The notes under the pieces are model-generated. The model was given only the letters and a program-made list of their open reading frames with translations. It had not been told where the DNA came from and did not search any database. Positions 29,458 to 39,003 of a DNA stretch of 58,984 nt are shown here, piece after piece (the first letter of the stretch is position 1; every line of letters starts with the position of its first letter). The stretch lies in NCBI GenBank assembly GCA_031962025.1, contig JAVRKW010000011.1. One strand, 5' to 3'. Made by a program: the position numbers and the translations under genes. Source of the DNA: Pseudothermotoga sp. Its GTDB lineage: Bacteria > Thermotogota > Thermotogae > Thermotogales > DSM-5069.

Positions 29458-29559
29458 ACCGAATTATTCTGATATCATAAAAATGGCAGAGGCGGCCGGG
29501 TATTCTTACGATAAACTCATTTTGAAAATACTCGACGATGCTCTAAATCATGAGAGATG
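29458..29559 (+). pseudogene. 3' remainder of the interrupted ddl-like gene
   Basis: Reads PNYSDIIKMAEAAGYSYDKLILKILDDALNHER*, continuing EVNSLPMLT. Confidence 0.85.
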
Positions 29560-30233
29560 AACTTTTCGAATTCGACGATTTCTACAAAAAAACCTTCAAA
29601 AACATAATAGGTGTCGATGAAGCGGGAAGAGGATGTCTCGCTGGTCCTGTTGTTGCAGCAGCAGTTATACTTCAGGAAAAGATCGATGTCTTTGATTCAA
29701 AACAGCTCACAGCAAAACAGCGCGAAAGACTTTTCAAAAAAATACTGGAAACTTCCAAGGTTGGAATAGGACTTGCTTCAGTTGAGGAAATCGATGTGTA
29801 CAACATCTTGAATGCAACAAAGCTGGCAATGAACAGAGCTCTGAAGATGCTGAATCAGGATGGCTTTGTGCTGATCGATGGAAAATACTTAAGGCTCTCC
29901 ATGCAGGGCACCTGTATCGTCAAAGGTGATGCAAAGAGCGCTTCAATAGCGGCGGCTTCGATCGTTGCAAAAGTGGTGCGTGACAGGATAATGAAAGCCT
30001 ATGACAGAGTCTATCTTGGTTATGGATTTTCAGAGCACAAGGGTTATGCAACAAAACAACATATTTGCCGGCTAAAGCTCCTTGGTCCAACTGTTTTTCA
30101 TCGTCTCACTTTTTCACCGGTTCTGTCATTGCTCAGCGTCGAACTTGTTGAAAAACTTTTCTCAGCACATCCAGATTCTTTAAGAAAAAAAATCTTACTG
30201 GAAAAAATTGCCTTGGTGGATAAAAAAGCTTGA
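29550..30233 (+). CDS. rnhB: Ribonuclease HII
   Basis: GVDEAGRG, DSKQL, KGDAKSASIAAASIVAK, HKGY. Confidence 0.97.
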   Translation: MRDELFEFDDFYKKTFKNIIGVDEAGRGCLAGPVVAAAVILQEKIDVFDSKQLTAKQRERLFKKILETSKVGIGLASVEEIDVYNILNATKLAMNRALKMLNQDGFVLIDGKYLRLSMQGTCIVKGDAKSASIAAASIVAKVVRDRIMKAYDRVYLGYGFSEHKGYATKQHICRLKLLGPTVFHRLTFSPVLSLLSVELVEKLFSAHPDSLRKKILLEKIALVDKKA

Positions 30234-30290
30234 AATTATTTAACGGTTCTGATAATATTAACTGGATGGATCAAGAAAGGGGTATGCGAA

Positions 30291-30491
30291 ATGGCAAAAA
30301 GATGTGAGATATGTGGTAAAGAACCTGTAGCCGGCAAGAATGTGAGCCATTCTAACAGACATACTCCAAGGATGTTCAGACCAAACCTTCAAAAGGTTCG
30401 AGTCGTGATGGAAGACGGAAGCATCAAAACGATGAAAGTCTGTACAAAATGCCTGAAAGCAGGCAAAGTTCGAAAGGTAGCAACAGTATAA
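30291..30491 (+). CDS. rpmB: 50S ribosomal protein L28
   Basis: [10 protein letters not shown]...GKNVSHS...FRPNLQ...CTKC. Confidence 0.97.
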   Translation: MAKRCEICGKEPVAGKNVSHSNRHTPRMFRPNLQKVRVVMEDGSIKTMKVCTKCLKAGKVRKVATV

Positions 30492-30492
30492 C

Positions 30493-30514
30493 GCGCGGAG
30501 CCATCCGCGCTTTT
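30493..30514 (+). terminator. Terminator after rpmB
   Basis: GCGCGGA-gcca-TCCGCGC-TTTT. Confidence 0.7.
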
Positions 30515-30601
30515 CATTTTCTTTCCCTTTCGTTGAAAAATTACCTTCTTGTTTGCTAAAATGTACCTGTGTGATTTTTCTAAAAAAAGGATGGTGAAAA
30601 A

Positions 30602-31114
30602 ATGGATCTGAAAAGTTTTATAAGAGATATCCCGGATTTTCCCATTGAAGGTATTATCTTCAGAGATGTCACACCTCTTCTCAAAAACCCAAAAGCCTTT
30701 CACACGGCAGTTGACGAAATGGCAAAAACCATTCTCGACTGGGACTTTGACCTGATCGTCTCTCCCGAAGCAAGAGGTTTTATCTTCGGTGCGGCACTCG
30801 CGTATAAACTGCAAAAAGGTTTTGTACCCATCAGAAAACCTGGAAAACTGCCGTATGAAACAACTTCCATCGAATACGATCTTGAATATGGTACGGCACA
30901 GCTTCAGATGCACTCAGATGCCATTGAAAAAGGACAGAGAGTAATAGTCGTGGATGACGTTTTAGCCACCGGCGGTACAGCCAGTGCAATTGCAAGGCTT
31001 GTCAAAAGAGCCGGTGGAGATGTTGTGGGCATGTGTTTTTTGATAGAACTGACATACCTTGATCCAAGAAAGAAGTTGGCTGAGTACCCCGTAAAAACGG
31101 TTATCTCTTACTGA
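30602..31114 (+). CDS. apt: Adenine phosphoribosyltransferase
   Basis: [30 protein letters not shown]. Confidence 0.97.
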   Translation: MDLKSFIRDIPDFPIEGIIFRDVTPLLKNPKAFHTAVDEMAKTILDWDFDLIVSPEARGFIFGAALAYKLQKGFVPIRKPGKLPYETTSIEYDLEYGTAQLQMHSDAIEKGQRVIVVDDVLATGGTASAIARLVKRAGGDVVGMCFLIELTYLDPRKKLAEYPVKTVISY

Positions 31115-31128
31115 GAGGGGGTAATAAC

Positions 31129-32484
31129 ATGCTTCGGTTCGACTTCAGTTTTATGTTTGAACCGAACACAAAAGGCGGTATAAACGATGAAGAATTCGCT
31201 TCTATGAAAGAGCAGGTCACAAAGTCTGTTGAAAAAACCATCAAAAGCAGACCCGGATTTGTCAATGTCATTTTCGACAGGAGCTATATGGACTCAGTCG
31301 AAGATATAAGGCAGTGGGTATTGTCCTTCAACAATCTGGTCGTTATAGGTATAGGCGGATCGAGCCTGGGAGCTGTGGCACTCGCGAATGCACTGACACC
31401 ACCAGACTGGAATTATCTGACCAAGCAAGAAAGAAGTGGCTATCTTAGAATATTCTTTCTGGAAAATGTCGATCCGGATCAGGCAGCGGCGGTTCTCGAT
31501 GAAATCGACCCGCGAGAAACCCTTTTCAATGTGATATCAAAATCAGGTTCTACGGCTGAATGTCTTGCGCATTATCAGGTAGTACGGGGCTTACTCCAGA
31601 TAAGGGGATTGAATCCAGCCGAACACATGATATTCACAACAGATCCGAAAAAAGGTTTGCTGCGGCAGATAGCCAAAAATGAAAAAATACCGGCTCTGGA
31701 TATCCCGCAGGACCTTGGCGGCAGATTCAGCGTGCTTTCACCTGTGGGGCTTTTGCCGGCAATGGCTTGTGGTGTGGACATAAAAGCGCTGATAGATGGT
31801 GCAAAAGACGCTTATCTCAAATGTGCAGACCTGAACATAGAAAAAAATCCGGCAGCTATGATGGCTGCGTGTCATTATTTGCACAAGAAAAAAGGCAGAA
31901 ACATCAGCGTGATGATGCCTTATTCCAACAGACTATTTTCACTCGCTGACTGGTTCAGACAGCTTTGGGCAGAAAGTCTTGGAAAGAAATATTCCTTAGA
32001 TGGGCAGATAGTCAACGAAGGTCTTACACCCATAAAAGCGCTTGGTGTGGTTGATCAGCATTCTCAGATTCAACTGTACAACGAAGGTCCGGACGACAAG
32101 ACCGTGACATTTCTTGAAGTCGAAAAATTTGACAGAGACATACTGATCCCTGCCATCCACGAAAATGATGAAATTTCTTATCTGGGAGGAAAGAAACTCG
32201 CAGAATTGTTGAAAAGTGAACTGACCGGCACAGAAAGAGCACTGGCTTCTAATGGCAGACCGAGCATGCGCGTCATCTTTCCAACAATAAACGCATACGA
32301 TATAGGTCAATTCTTCATGTATTATGAGTTCACCACAGCACTCATGGGAGATCTTCTGGCGATTAACCCATACGACCAGCCGGGAGTAGAGCTTGGCAAA
32401 AAAATCACGTACTCTCTGATGGGTAGAAAAGGTTTTGAAGTGCTGAAATTTCCCGAACCGGTTAAGAAGGTCGTGATAGATTGA
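31129..32484 (+). CDS. pgi: Glucose-6-phosphate isomerase
   Basis: GIGGS, SKSGSTAE, GGRFSV, QLWAESLGK, DQPGVELGK. Confidence 0.97.
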   Translation: MLRFDFSFMFEPNTKGGINDEEFASMKEQVTKSVEKTIKSRPGFVNVIFDRSYMDSVEDIRQWVLSFNNLVVIGIGGSSLGAVALANALTPPDWNYLTKQERSGYLRIFFLENVDPDQAAAVLDEIDPRETLFNVISKSGSTAECLAHYQVVRGLLQIRGLNPAEHMIFTTDPKKGLLRQIAKNEKIPALDIPQDLGGRFSVLSPVGLLPAMACGVDIKALIDGAKDAYLKCADLNIEKNPAAMMAACHYLHKKKGRNISVMMPYSNRLFSLADWFRQLWAESLGKKYSLDGQIVNEGLTPIKALGVVDQHSQIQLYNEGPDDKTVTFLEVEKFDRDILIPAIHENDEISYLGGKKLAELLKSELTGTERALASNGRPSMRVIFPTINAYDIGQFFMYYEFTTALMGDLLAINPYDQPGVELGKKITYSLMGRKGFEVLKFPEPVKKVVID

Positions 32485-32714
32485 CAGAACACATCGTAAA
32501 AATATTTCAGCCGTTGATGGTCTATTTTCTCAAGGAAAGTCCGTTTGGGGATGATGTGTACATCGTCGTGACCAGCGAGACGAAAGACATGAACAAAAAG
32601 ATGTCTGAACTTTACCAGAAAGCCGGTGAAGATATAGCTGTCGTTGTTTTAACAAAAGAAGAGTACAAGAGCTTTGAAGATCTCTTACGGGAAAAAGGGG
32701 AAAGGCTATATTGA
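32481..32714 (+). CDS. Hypothetical protein
   Basis: 77-aa ORF overlapping both pgi stop and coaE start. Confidence 0.7.
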   Translation: MTEHIVKIFQPLMVYFLKESPFGDDVYIVVTSETKDMNKKMSELYQKAGEDIAVVVLTKEEYKSFEDLLREKGERLY

Positions 32715-33310
32715 AATTGGTCATCGGCTTGACCGGAAAGATGGGCAGTGGGAAGAGCACCGTTGCTCGAATCTTTGAAGAACTCGGTGCCCACATAATA
32801 GATGTCGATAAAATCGGGCACGAAATTTTGCAGGAACAGGCTGTGAAAGATGAGCTGAAAAAAGCTTTTGGTGAAAAAATCTTCAACGGCTCAGATGTTG
32901 ATCGCAAAAAATTGGCTTCGGTAGTCTTCTCAGATCCTGAGAACTTAGCCGCTTTGGAACAAATTGTTCATCCAAAGATGAGAGAAAAGATCAAAAAGGA
33001 ACTTGGCGCTCTTGATGGACTTATAATAATAGATGCTGCTATTTTGCACAGGCTCAAATTAGACGAACTGTGCGATTTTGTCATAAACGTTGTGGCTCCT
33101 TTAGAAAAAATCATCGAAAGGCTCAAACACAAGGGTTTAAACGAAGATGAAATCTATCAGAGACTGTCTTGCCAGCAGGATATTAAAAGCTCAGATTATG
33201 TCATCGTCAACGACTCAGATCCTTCGTCTTTGCGTGAGAAAATAAAAAACTTTTACAACAAGGTGATAAAATCAAAAATGCAACAACTGTCAGGGGAGGT
33301 GCAGGTATGA
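32711..33310 (+). CDS. coaE: Dephospho-CoA kinase
   Basis: GLTGKMGSGKSTV, DRKKLA, IVHP. Confidence 0.95.
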   Translation: MKLVIGLTGKMGSGKSTVARIFEELGAHIIDVDKIGHEILQEQAVKDELKKAFGEKIFNGSDVDRKKLASVVFSDPENLAALEQIVHPKMREKIKKELGALDGLIIIDAAILHRLKLDELCDFVINVVAPLEKIIERLKHKGLNEDEIYQRLSCQQDIKSSDYVIVNDSDPSSLREKIKNFYNKVIKSKMQQLSGEVQV

Positions 33311-34563
33311 AAAAATTTGTTCTGGTTTTGTTGCTTGTTGCGGTAACTCTGAGTTTTGCCAAGGTCAAGGTTACATTCTGGCATGCCATGGGTGGTGGAC
33401 ACGGGCAGACACTTCAGGAAATAGTCAATTTCTTCAACCAGCAGCACCCGGATATCGAAGTCGAGGCAGTTTACATTGGAAACTACAACACACTGCAGCA
33501 AAAGTTACTTGCCGCGGCTCAGGCTGGAGGGCTCCCAACGATTTCACAGGCTTATTCAAACTGGACGGCAAAGCTGATTTACTCCGGTATCGTTGAACCT
33601 CTGAACAAATTCATCACAGACCCAAAGATCGGTTTCACATCCGCTGAGTGGCTCGATATATGGGAACCAATGAGACTCAACTGCACATGGGATAAAACCG
33701 TCTATGCACTGCCGTTTAACAAAAGCATCTACGTTCTTTACGTGAACACAGATGCTTTAACGCTGGCTGGTTTGAAAATACCAGAAACAATCGGTGAGCT
33801 GAAAAGGGCAGCTATACTCATGACCGAGGACTTCAACGGCGATGGAACGATCGATCAGTACGGTTTTGGATTCCGTTCCACAGTTGATCACTTCCAGGTC
33901 TTTCTGGCTCTGAATGGTGGAAATATACTCAAAAAAGATTCAGATGGAAAGTGGAAAATCACAATCAACAGTGAAGAATCAAGAGAAGTTTTACAATTCA
34001 TGCTTGATCTGAAAGACAAATACGCGCTGGTGCAGGGTGGATATCTTGACGGTCCATTCGGCGAAGGTAAAATTGCCATGTTCATAGAGACCGTTGCAAG
34101 CAAACCTTATGTGGCAAGCTCATCAGCAGGCAAGCACGGATGGAGCTGGGCTCCACTTCCAGTCTGGAAAACCCAGAATGCGCTCTTTGCAGGTACTGAC
34201 GTGATTATGTTCAGCACTGCAAAAGACGAAGAAAAGAAAGCCGCATGGGAATTCATGAAATTTCTCGTCTCTCCAGAGATAACAGCATACTGGGCGACCA
34301 AAACAGGATATCTACCGGTCAGAAAGAGCGCAACTGAAACCCAGATTTGGAAAAAATTTGTGGCGCAGGATCCTGCCGCAGAAGTTCCACTTCAGCAGTT
34401 GCCAAACGGCGTTTTTGATCCTCAGCTTGGCGTCTGGGCAGAGATTAGAACAATCGTGGGCAATATGGTCAACGACGTCTTATTCGGCAAAAAAACCATA
34501 GATGAAGGACTGAAATGGGCTGAGCAGGAAATTGCAATATTATTGCAGAAAGAAGGACTGTGA
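33307..34563 (+). CDS. ABC substrate-binding protein (family 1, UgpB/carbohydrate-like)
   Basis: Signal peptide, TFWHAM, YALPFNKS, AAWEFMKF, TGYLP. Confidence 0.9.
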   Translation: MKKFVLVLLLVAVTLSFAKVKVTFWHAMGGGHGQTLQEIVNFFNQQHPDIEVEAVYIGNYNTLQQKLLAAAQAGGLPTISQAYSNWTAKLIYSGIVEPLNKFITDPKIGFTSAEWLDIWEPMRLNCTWDKTVYALPFNKSIYVLYVNTDALTLAGLKIPETIGELKRAAILMTEDFNGDGTIDQYGFGFRSTVDHFQVFLALNGGNILKKDSDGKWKITINSEESREVLQFMLDLKDKYALVQGGYLDGPFGEGKIAMFIETVASKPYVASSSAGKHGWSWAPLPVWKTQNALFAGTDVIMFSTAKDEEKKAAWEFMKFLVSPEITAYWATKTGYLPVRKSATETQIWKKFVAQDPAAEVPLQQLPNGVFDPQLGVWAEIRTIVGNMVNDVLFGKKTIDEGLKWAEQEIAILLQKEGL

Positions 34564-34564
34564 T

Positions 34565-34589
34565 AAAAGGGGGCGCTCAGCCCCTTTTT
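34565..34589 (+). terminator. Intrinsic terminator
   Basis: AAAAGGGGGC-gctca-GCCCCTTTTT. Confidence 0.75.
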
Positions 34590-34606
34590 CATCTGGAGGT
34601 GATCTT

Positions 34607-35638
34607 GTGCGCGGAGATCCATTTGGACTTCACAGGGTGATAGAACCAAAGGGAAAATTACCTCAGCCAGCCTGGAAGATCGACAACGACACCTCAAAAA
34701 TATACGACAACGAAATACTCATAGACGTTATCAAGCTCAACATAGACGCTGCTTCGTTCACGCAGATCAAAAATGAGGTTGGAAAAGACGAATCGAAAGT
34801 GGCAGAAAAAATCATGCAGATAGTCAAAGAACGCGGTAAGATGCACAATCCAGTAACAGGTTCCGGAGGAATGCTGATAGGAAAGATCAAAAAGATCGGG
34901 AAAGATCTGAAAATAGACGCAAAAGAGGGAGATAAGATCGCAACACTTGTCTCATTGAGCCTGACACCTTTGAATTTGAAAAAAATCACAAAAGTTCATC
35001 TGGATAAAGAGCAGGTTGACGTCGAAGCCGAAGCCATACTGTTTGAAACAGGAGTTTTTGCAAAACTGCCTCAGGACATGCCAGAAGCAGTGGCGTTAGC
35101 CATCCTGGATGTGGCAGGTGCTCCAATACAGACCGCAAGACTTGTCTCACCCGGAGATACTGTCTTGGTAATCGGCGCGGCGGGAAAATCAGGAGTGCTC
35201 TGCTGTTATGTGGCAAAAAAATACGCTGGACCCACCGGTAAAGTGATCGGTCTGGTTCATTCAGAAAGATCTGTGGCAGAGCTTGAAAGTCTTGGAGTAG
35301 TCGATAAAATCATGGTTGCGGACGCTCAAGATGCAGTCGGAACTTATCAGAAATTCATCGAATTGAATGGCGGCGAACTTGCCGATGTTGTCATAAACGT
35401 TGTGAATGTTCCTGATACGGAAATGGCTTCTGTGATGTGCTGTAAAGAACGCGGAAAGGTTTACTTTTTCTCCATGGCAACCAGTTTCACAAAGGCGGCT
35501 CTCGGTGCAGAAGGTATAGGCAAGGACGTGGATATGATAATCGGGAATGGCTATGCAAAAGATCACGCAAAATTCGCTTTGGAGATCGTAAGAGAAAACA
35601 AAAAACTCTATGAACTGTTTCTCAAAAGGTACGGATGA
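34607..35638 (+). CDS. kdd: L-erythro-3,5-diaminohexanoate dehydrogenase
   Basis: GLHRVIEP, LPQPA, NIDAASF, NPVTGSGGM, DVAGAP, FFSMATSF, IGNGY. Confidence 0.9.
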   Translation: MRGDPFGLHRVIEPKGKLPQPAWKIDNDTSKIYDNEILIDVIKLNIDAASFTQIKNEVGKDESKVAEKIMQIVKERGKMHNPVTGSGGMLIGKIKKIGKDLKIDAKEGDKIATLVSLSLTPLNLKKITKVHLDKEQVDVEAEAILFETGVFAKLPQDMPEAVALAILDVAGAPIQTARLVSPGDTVLVIGAAGKSGVLCCYVAKKYAGPTGKVIGLVHSERSVAELESLGVVDKIMVADAQDAVGTYQKFIELNGGELADVVINVVNVPDTEMASVMCCKERGKVYFFSMATSFTKAALGAEGIGKDVDMIIGNGYAKDHAKFALEIVRENKKLYELFLKRYG

Positions 35639-35646
35639 GGTGAAAA

Positions 35647-36171
35647 ATGAGACATATCGATGATTTCACAATAGATTATTTTCACGACAGTCAGGAAGCT
35701 ATAAAACTCTACGAGACCATACAGAATCTGGAAAAAGATCTGTCACTGACTCTGAAAATCGGAAATAACGAATATTTTGGAAGCATTAACGTAGCAGTTT
35801 ACACAATCGAGGATGAAAAAAACTTCCCATCTCTTGTAGCTTTGATAGCCCTGCACGGAGAAAATGCCATCGACACACTCACAGAATCAGGCGCTGATTT
35901 TTCCCAAACCGGTTTGCTCGAAGAACTTTCATTCACAAAAAACTTTTCAAAGCATCTTGCAACATTGATCTGGCTTGACAGTCTGGAAGAAGATTTTCCC
36001 ATGATAGAACTTGGGGACAGCGTTATATGTATAACAAAATATTCAGATATAAAACAGATCAATCAACAAAAGCTGGCTGAGAAAATCGTGCAGGAATATG
36101 CAAAAAGACATTTCAGCGTTGAGAGAAACTACACCGTAAAAGTACAAACAAGTTCTTTGATTGATTTTTAA
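35647..36171 (+). CDS. Hypothetical protein
   Basis: 174-aa ORF with SD GAGGTGA; no motif recognised. Confidence 0.8.
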   Translation: MRHIDDFTIDYFHDSQEAIKLYETIQNLEKDLSLTLKIGNNEYFGSINVAVYTIEDEKNFPSLVALIALHGENAIDTLTESGADFSQTGLLEELSFTKNFSKHLATLIWLDSLEEDFPMIELGDSVICITKYSDIKQINQQKLAEKIVQEYAKRHFSVERNYTVKVQTSSLIDF

Positions 36172-36200
36172 GCGTCTAATGGGTATAATGAAGGTAAAGC

Positions 36201-36290
36201 GGAGGCGTGTCCGAATTGGCTAAGGAGCCGGTCTCGAAAATCGGTGGGCTTTTTAAGCCCTTGTGGGTTCGAGTCCCACCGCCTCCGCCA
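36201..36290 (+). tRNA. tRNA-Ser(CGA)
   Basis: GGAGGCG...CCGGTCT-CGA-AAATCGG, long variable arm, GTTCGAGTC, CGCCTCCGCCA; TATAAT at 36184. Confidence 0.96.
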
Positions 36291-36305
36291 GAGTGGGGTG
36301 GAACG

Positions 36306-37151
36306 ATGACGGTTGTCAAAAGCATAGATCAAATGAAGAAAATATCCTCAGAATTGAGAAAAGAAAAAACCATAGGCTTTGTTCCAACAATGGGTTATCT
36401 GCACGAAGGACACGTTTCTCTGGTCAGGCGTTCAAAAAAAGAAAATGATATAACCATCGTCAGCATATTCGTCAATCCAACACAGTTTGGTCCAAATGAA
36501 GATTACAACTCCTACCCGAGAGATCTCAAAAGGGATCTTTCAATGCTTGAAAAAGAAGGCGTGGATTTTGTTTTCATACCAGAAGTTGAAGAGATGTATC
36601 CAAAAAACTACTCAACATACGTCAATGAAGAAAGCCTGTCCAGATACCTGTGCGGCAGATCAAGACCCGGGCACTTCAGAGGCGTCTGCACGGTTGTTAC
36701 AAAGCTGTTCAACATAGTAAAACCCCACAGAGCTTATTTTGGACAGAAAGACGCACAGCAGTTCCGCATAATAAGAAGGATGGTTAGAGATCTGAACATG
36801 GATGTGGAAGTAATAGAATGCCCGATTGTGAGAGAATCAGACGGTCTTGCCATGAGCTCGAGAAATGTTTATCTATCAACTGAAGAAAGAAATCAGGCAC
36901 TCGCATTGAACAAATCTCTGAAGATGGTGGAAAATCTCTACAAATCCGGTGAAAGAAGCGCTGAAAAAATGAAAGAAGAGATGGTACAATATCTGTCTTC
37001 TTTCGACAAAATAAAGATAGACTACGTGGAAATAGTCGATGAAGAAACCCTTGAACCTGTTGAAAAAATCGAAGGAAAGGTCATTGTTGCGATTGCAGCA
37101 TGGGTTGGAAAAGCTCGCCTGATCGATAATACTATTCTGGGAGAAAAATAA
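36306..37151 (+). CDS. panC: Pantoate-beta-alanine ligase
   Basis: [40 protein letters not shown]; true start after the tRNA. Confidence 0.97.
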   Translation: MTVVKSIDQMKKISSELRKEKTIGFVPTMGYLHEGHVSLVRRSKKENDITIVSIFVNPTQFGPNEDYNSYPRDLKRDLSMLEKEGVDFVFIPEVEEMYPKNYSTYVNEESLSRYLCGRSRPGHFRGVCTVVTKLFNIVKPHRAYFGQKDAQQFRIIRRMVRDLNMDVEVIECPIVRESDGLAMSSRNVYLSTEERNQALALNKSLKMVENLYKSGERSAEKMKEEMVQYLSSFDKIKIDYVEIVDEETLEPVEKIEGKVIVAIAAWVGKARLIDNTILGEK

Positions 37152-37152
37152 T

Positions 37153-37641
37153 TTGATATTAGATGTTTTCACAATAGCACTTTTACTCTCACTCATTTTG
37201 AGAAAAAGAATCTTTCATCTTGACAAACTCAAAGTCAGAGCAACTTATCTGTTTCCCGTTCCTTTTATTATACAGATACTTCCTTTTCAGCAAAGAGGTT
37301 TTCTGATGGCAATTTCCTATGGATTACTTTTTGTCGTACTCATATTGAACTGGAAAATCAGCGGCTTTAAACTCATGGCAGTCGGTTCAGCAATGAACGT
37401 ATCTGTGATACTTCTCAACAATGGAAAAATGCCTGTTTATGAACCTTTAGCCAGAATGCTCGGACTTGATCTGACAGTCAAGCACACATTCGTTTCCTCT
37501 TTTTCTGAAAAACTCATTCTCGGAGACTGGATACCCGTTGTCCTTCCGTGGTTCAGAAAATTTCTCATAAGCCCCGGAGATATCCTCATATACACAGGTG
37601 TATTCATGTTCTTTTTAACTTCCCAGAAGATTGAACAATAA
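37153..37641 (+). CDS. Membrane protein (DUF5317-like)
   Basis: Hydrophobic; N..VI..N.GKMPV, LGDWIP, SPGDI. Confidence 0.75.
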   Translation: MILDVFTIALLLSLILRKRIFHLDKLKVRATYLFPVPFIIQILPFQQRGFLMAISYGLLFVVLILNWKISGFKLMAVGSAMNVSVILLNNGKMPVYEPLARMLGLDLTVKHTFVSSFSEKLILGDWIPVVLPWFRKFLISPGDILIYTGVFMFFLTSQKIEQ

Positions 37642-37819
37642 TTCTTCGTAATCCTCTGGAACATACTTCATCCTATGGCAACAAAGGTGCGTTTTTATTC
37701 CCAATATTATATAGATACTTTTGTAACAATTAAAGAATAGAAATTGCAAAGGTAAAATGCCCCTAAAAGTGTAGCCAGATAAGAATTTCAAAGCTTTTCA
37801 GCTAATTCAAGATGAGGTG

Positions 37820-37847
37820 TTGCATCAGAAAAGTTTTATGCTATACT
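37820..37847 (+). promoter_or_regulatory. Sigma-70-type promoter of the RLP operon
   Basis: TTGCAT-N16-TATACT with extended TG. Confidence 0.6.
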
Positions 37848-37852
37848 TATTT

Positions 37853-37884
37853 TGCACAAATGTGCATGATCGCACAAATGTGCA
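37853..37884. promoter_or_regulatory. Tandem palindromic operator, probably for the SorC-family regulator
   Basis: TGCACAAATGTGCA (37853-37866) and GCACAAATGTGCA (37872-37884). Confidence 0.75.
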
Positions 37885-37914
37885 CAAAACTATCCTCTGT
37901 GGAGGTGTATTTTT

Positions 37915-38961
37915 ATGAAAAGTTCAAAAGTACTGGTATTTCTCTTAACATCACTCGTGGTTATCTCGATCTTCGCACAAACACAGCTTCCCAAAAAATT
38001 TGAAAACCCCAAAAATGTACGAATAGCTCTGGTAAGAGAAGTGGGAGAGGGCAGTTTCTTTGAACGCTACCTTGCTGGTGCTCAGTCAATGGCAAGAGAA
38101 CTCGGTGTGACTCTTCTGGAGGCAACTGCTCAGGGAGATATGGCAAAGATGGTTACCATGGTCGAAAATTTCATTGCCCAAAAAGTTGACGCAATCATAA
38201 TCGACCACGGAAGACCTGATCCACTTATGCCAAAAATCAAGGAAGCTCTGGACAGAGGAATCAAGGTAGTAACCTTTGATCTGGTTGTTGACGATGACAG
38301 AGTACCTGAAATCGAACAGGATGATTTATTGATTGGCTATTTGATAAGCAAACAATTGGCTGTTGACTTTGCAGGAAATGCTAACGTCATTTATGTTAAT
38401 GTAGGTGGATTTGCCCCCTTGGACAAAAGAGACAAAATGTGGCAGATAATCAAATGGCGCTTCCCTGGAGTCAAAGAAGTTGCAAAGATAGGTGCAGTTA
38501 CAGGATCAACTGCTGCTGACACTCAAACAAGAATGGAAGCAGCTATGAAAGAAAAACCTGAAGCAAATGCAGTGCTTGCCATGTGGGATGAATTTGCAAA
38601 AGGTGCAGTAAGGGCAATAATGCAAGCAGGTAAAAGTGATAAATTCAAAGTTTACTCAGTGGATGTCACCACAGAAGACATTCAAATGATGATTCAGCAA
38701 AATAGTCCGTGGGTTGCGACTGTTGGGACAGATTCTTACGCAGTTGGTCGACTTGCAGTAAGGGCTGCGGCGGCTCTCGTTGGTGGAGAAAAATTACCCA
38801 AATATTTATTAGTAGAGCCACAGTTGATTACAAAGCAATTTCTCCTCAACAACAACATAACAAACATGGACGAACTTGTAAAAGCATTGCCAGAAATGGG
38901 CGAGAGCAATCTTGTTTGGCCTGATTGGATAAAGGCTTTGATTGAGAAAAACAAGAAATAG
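37915..38961 (+). CDS. Sugar ABC substrate-binding protein (RbsB-like fold)
   Basis: Signal peptide; KVDAIII, GIKVVTFD, WDEFAKG. Confidence 0.9.
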   Translation: MKSSKVLVFLLTSLVVISIFAQTQLPKKFENPKNVRIALVREVGEGSFFERYLAGAQSMARELGVTLLEATAQGDMAKMVTMVENFIAQKVDAIIIDHGRPDPLMPKIKEALDRGIKVVTFDLVVDDDRVPEIEQDDLLIGYLISKQLAVDFAGNANVIYVNVGGFAPLDKRDKMWQIIKWRFPGVKEVAKIGAVTGSTAADTQTRMEAAMKEKPEANAVLAMWDEFAKGAVRAIMQAGKSDKFKVYSVDVTTEDIQMMIQQNSPWVATVGTDSYAVGRLAVRAAAALVGGEKLPKYLLVEPQLITKQFLLNNNITNMDELVKALPEMGESNLVWPDWIKALIEKNKK

Positions 38962-39003
38962 AAAGGAGGACTGGGCAGGGTTCTGCGCCCTGCCTTCCTT
39001 AAT

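Noticed and set aside
32481..32714. Minimal nucleotidyltransferase (MNT) antitoxin
   Set aside because: Faint resemblance only; GS and DxD motifs absent and no HEPN partner
36207..36305. N-terminal extension of panC
   Set aside because: It is translated tRNA-Ser sequence
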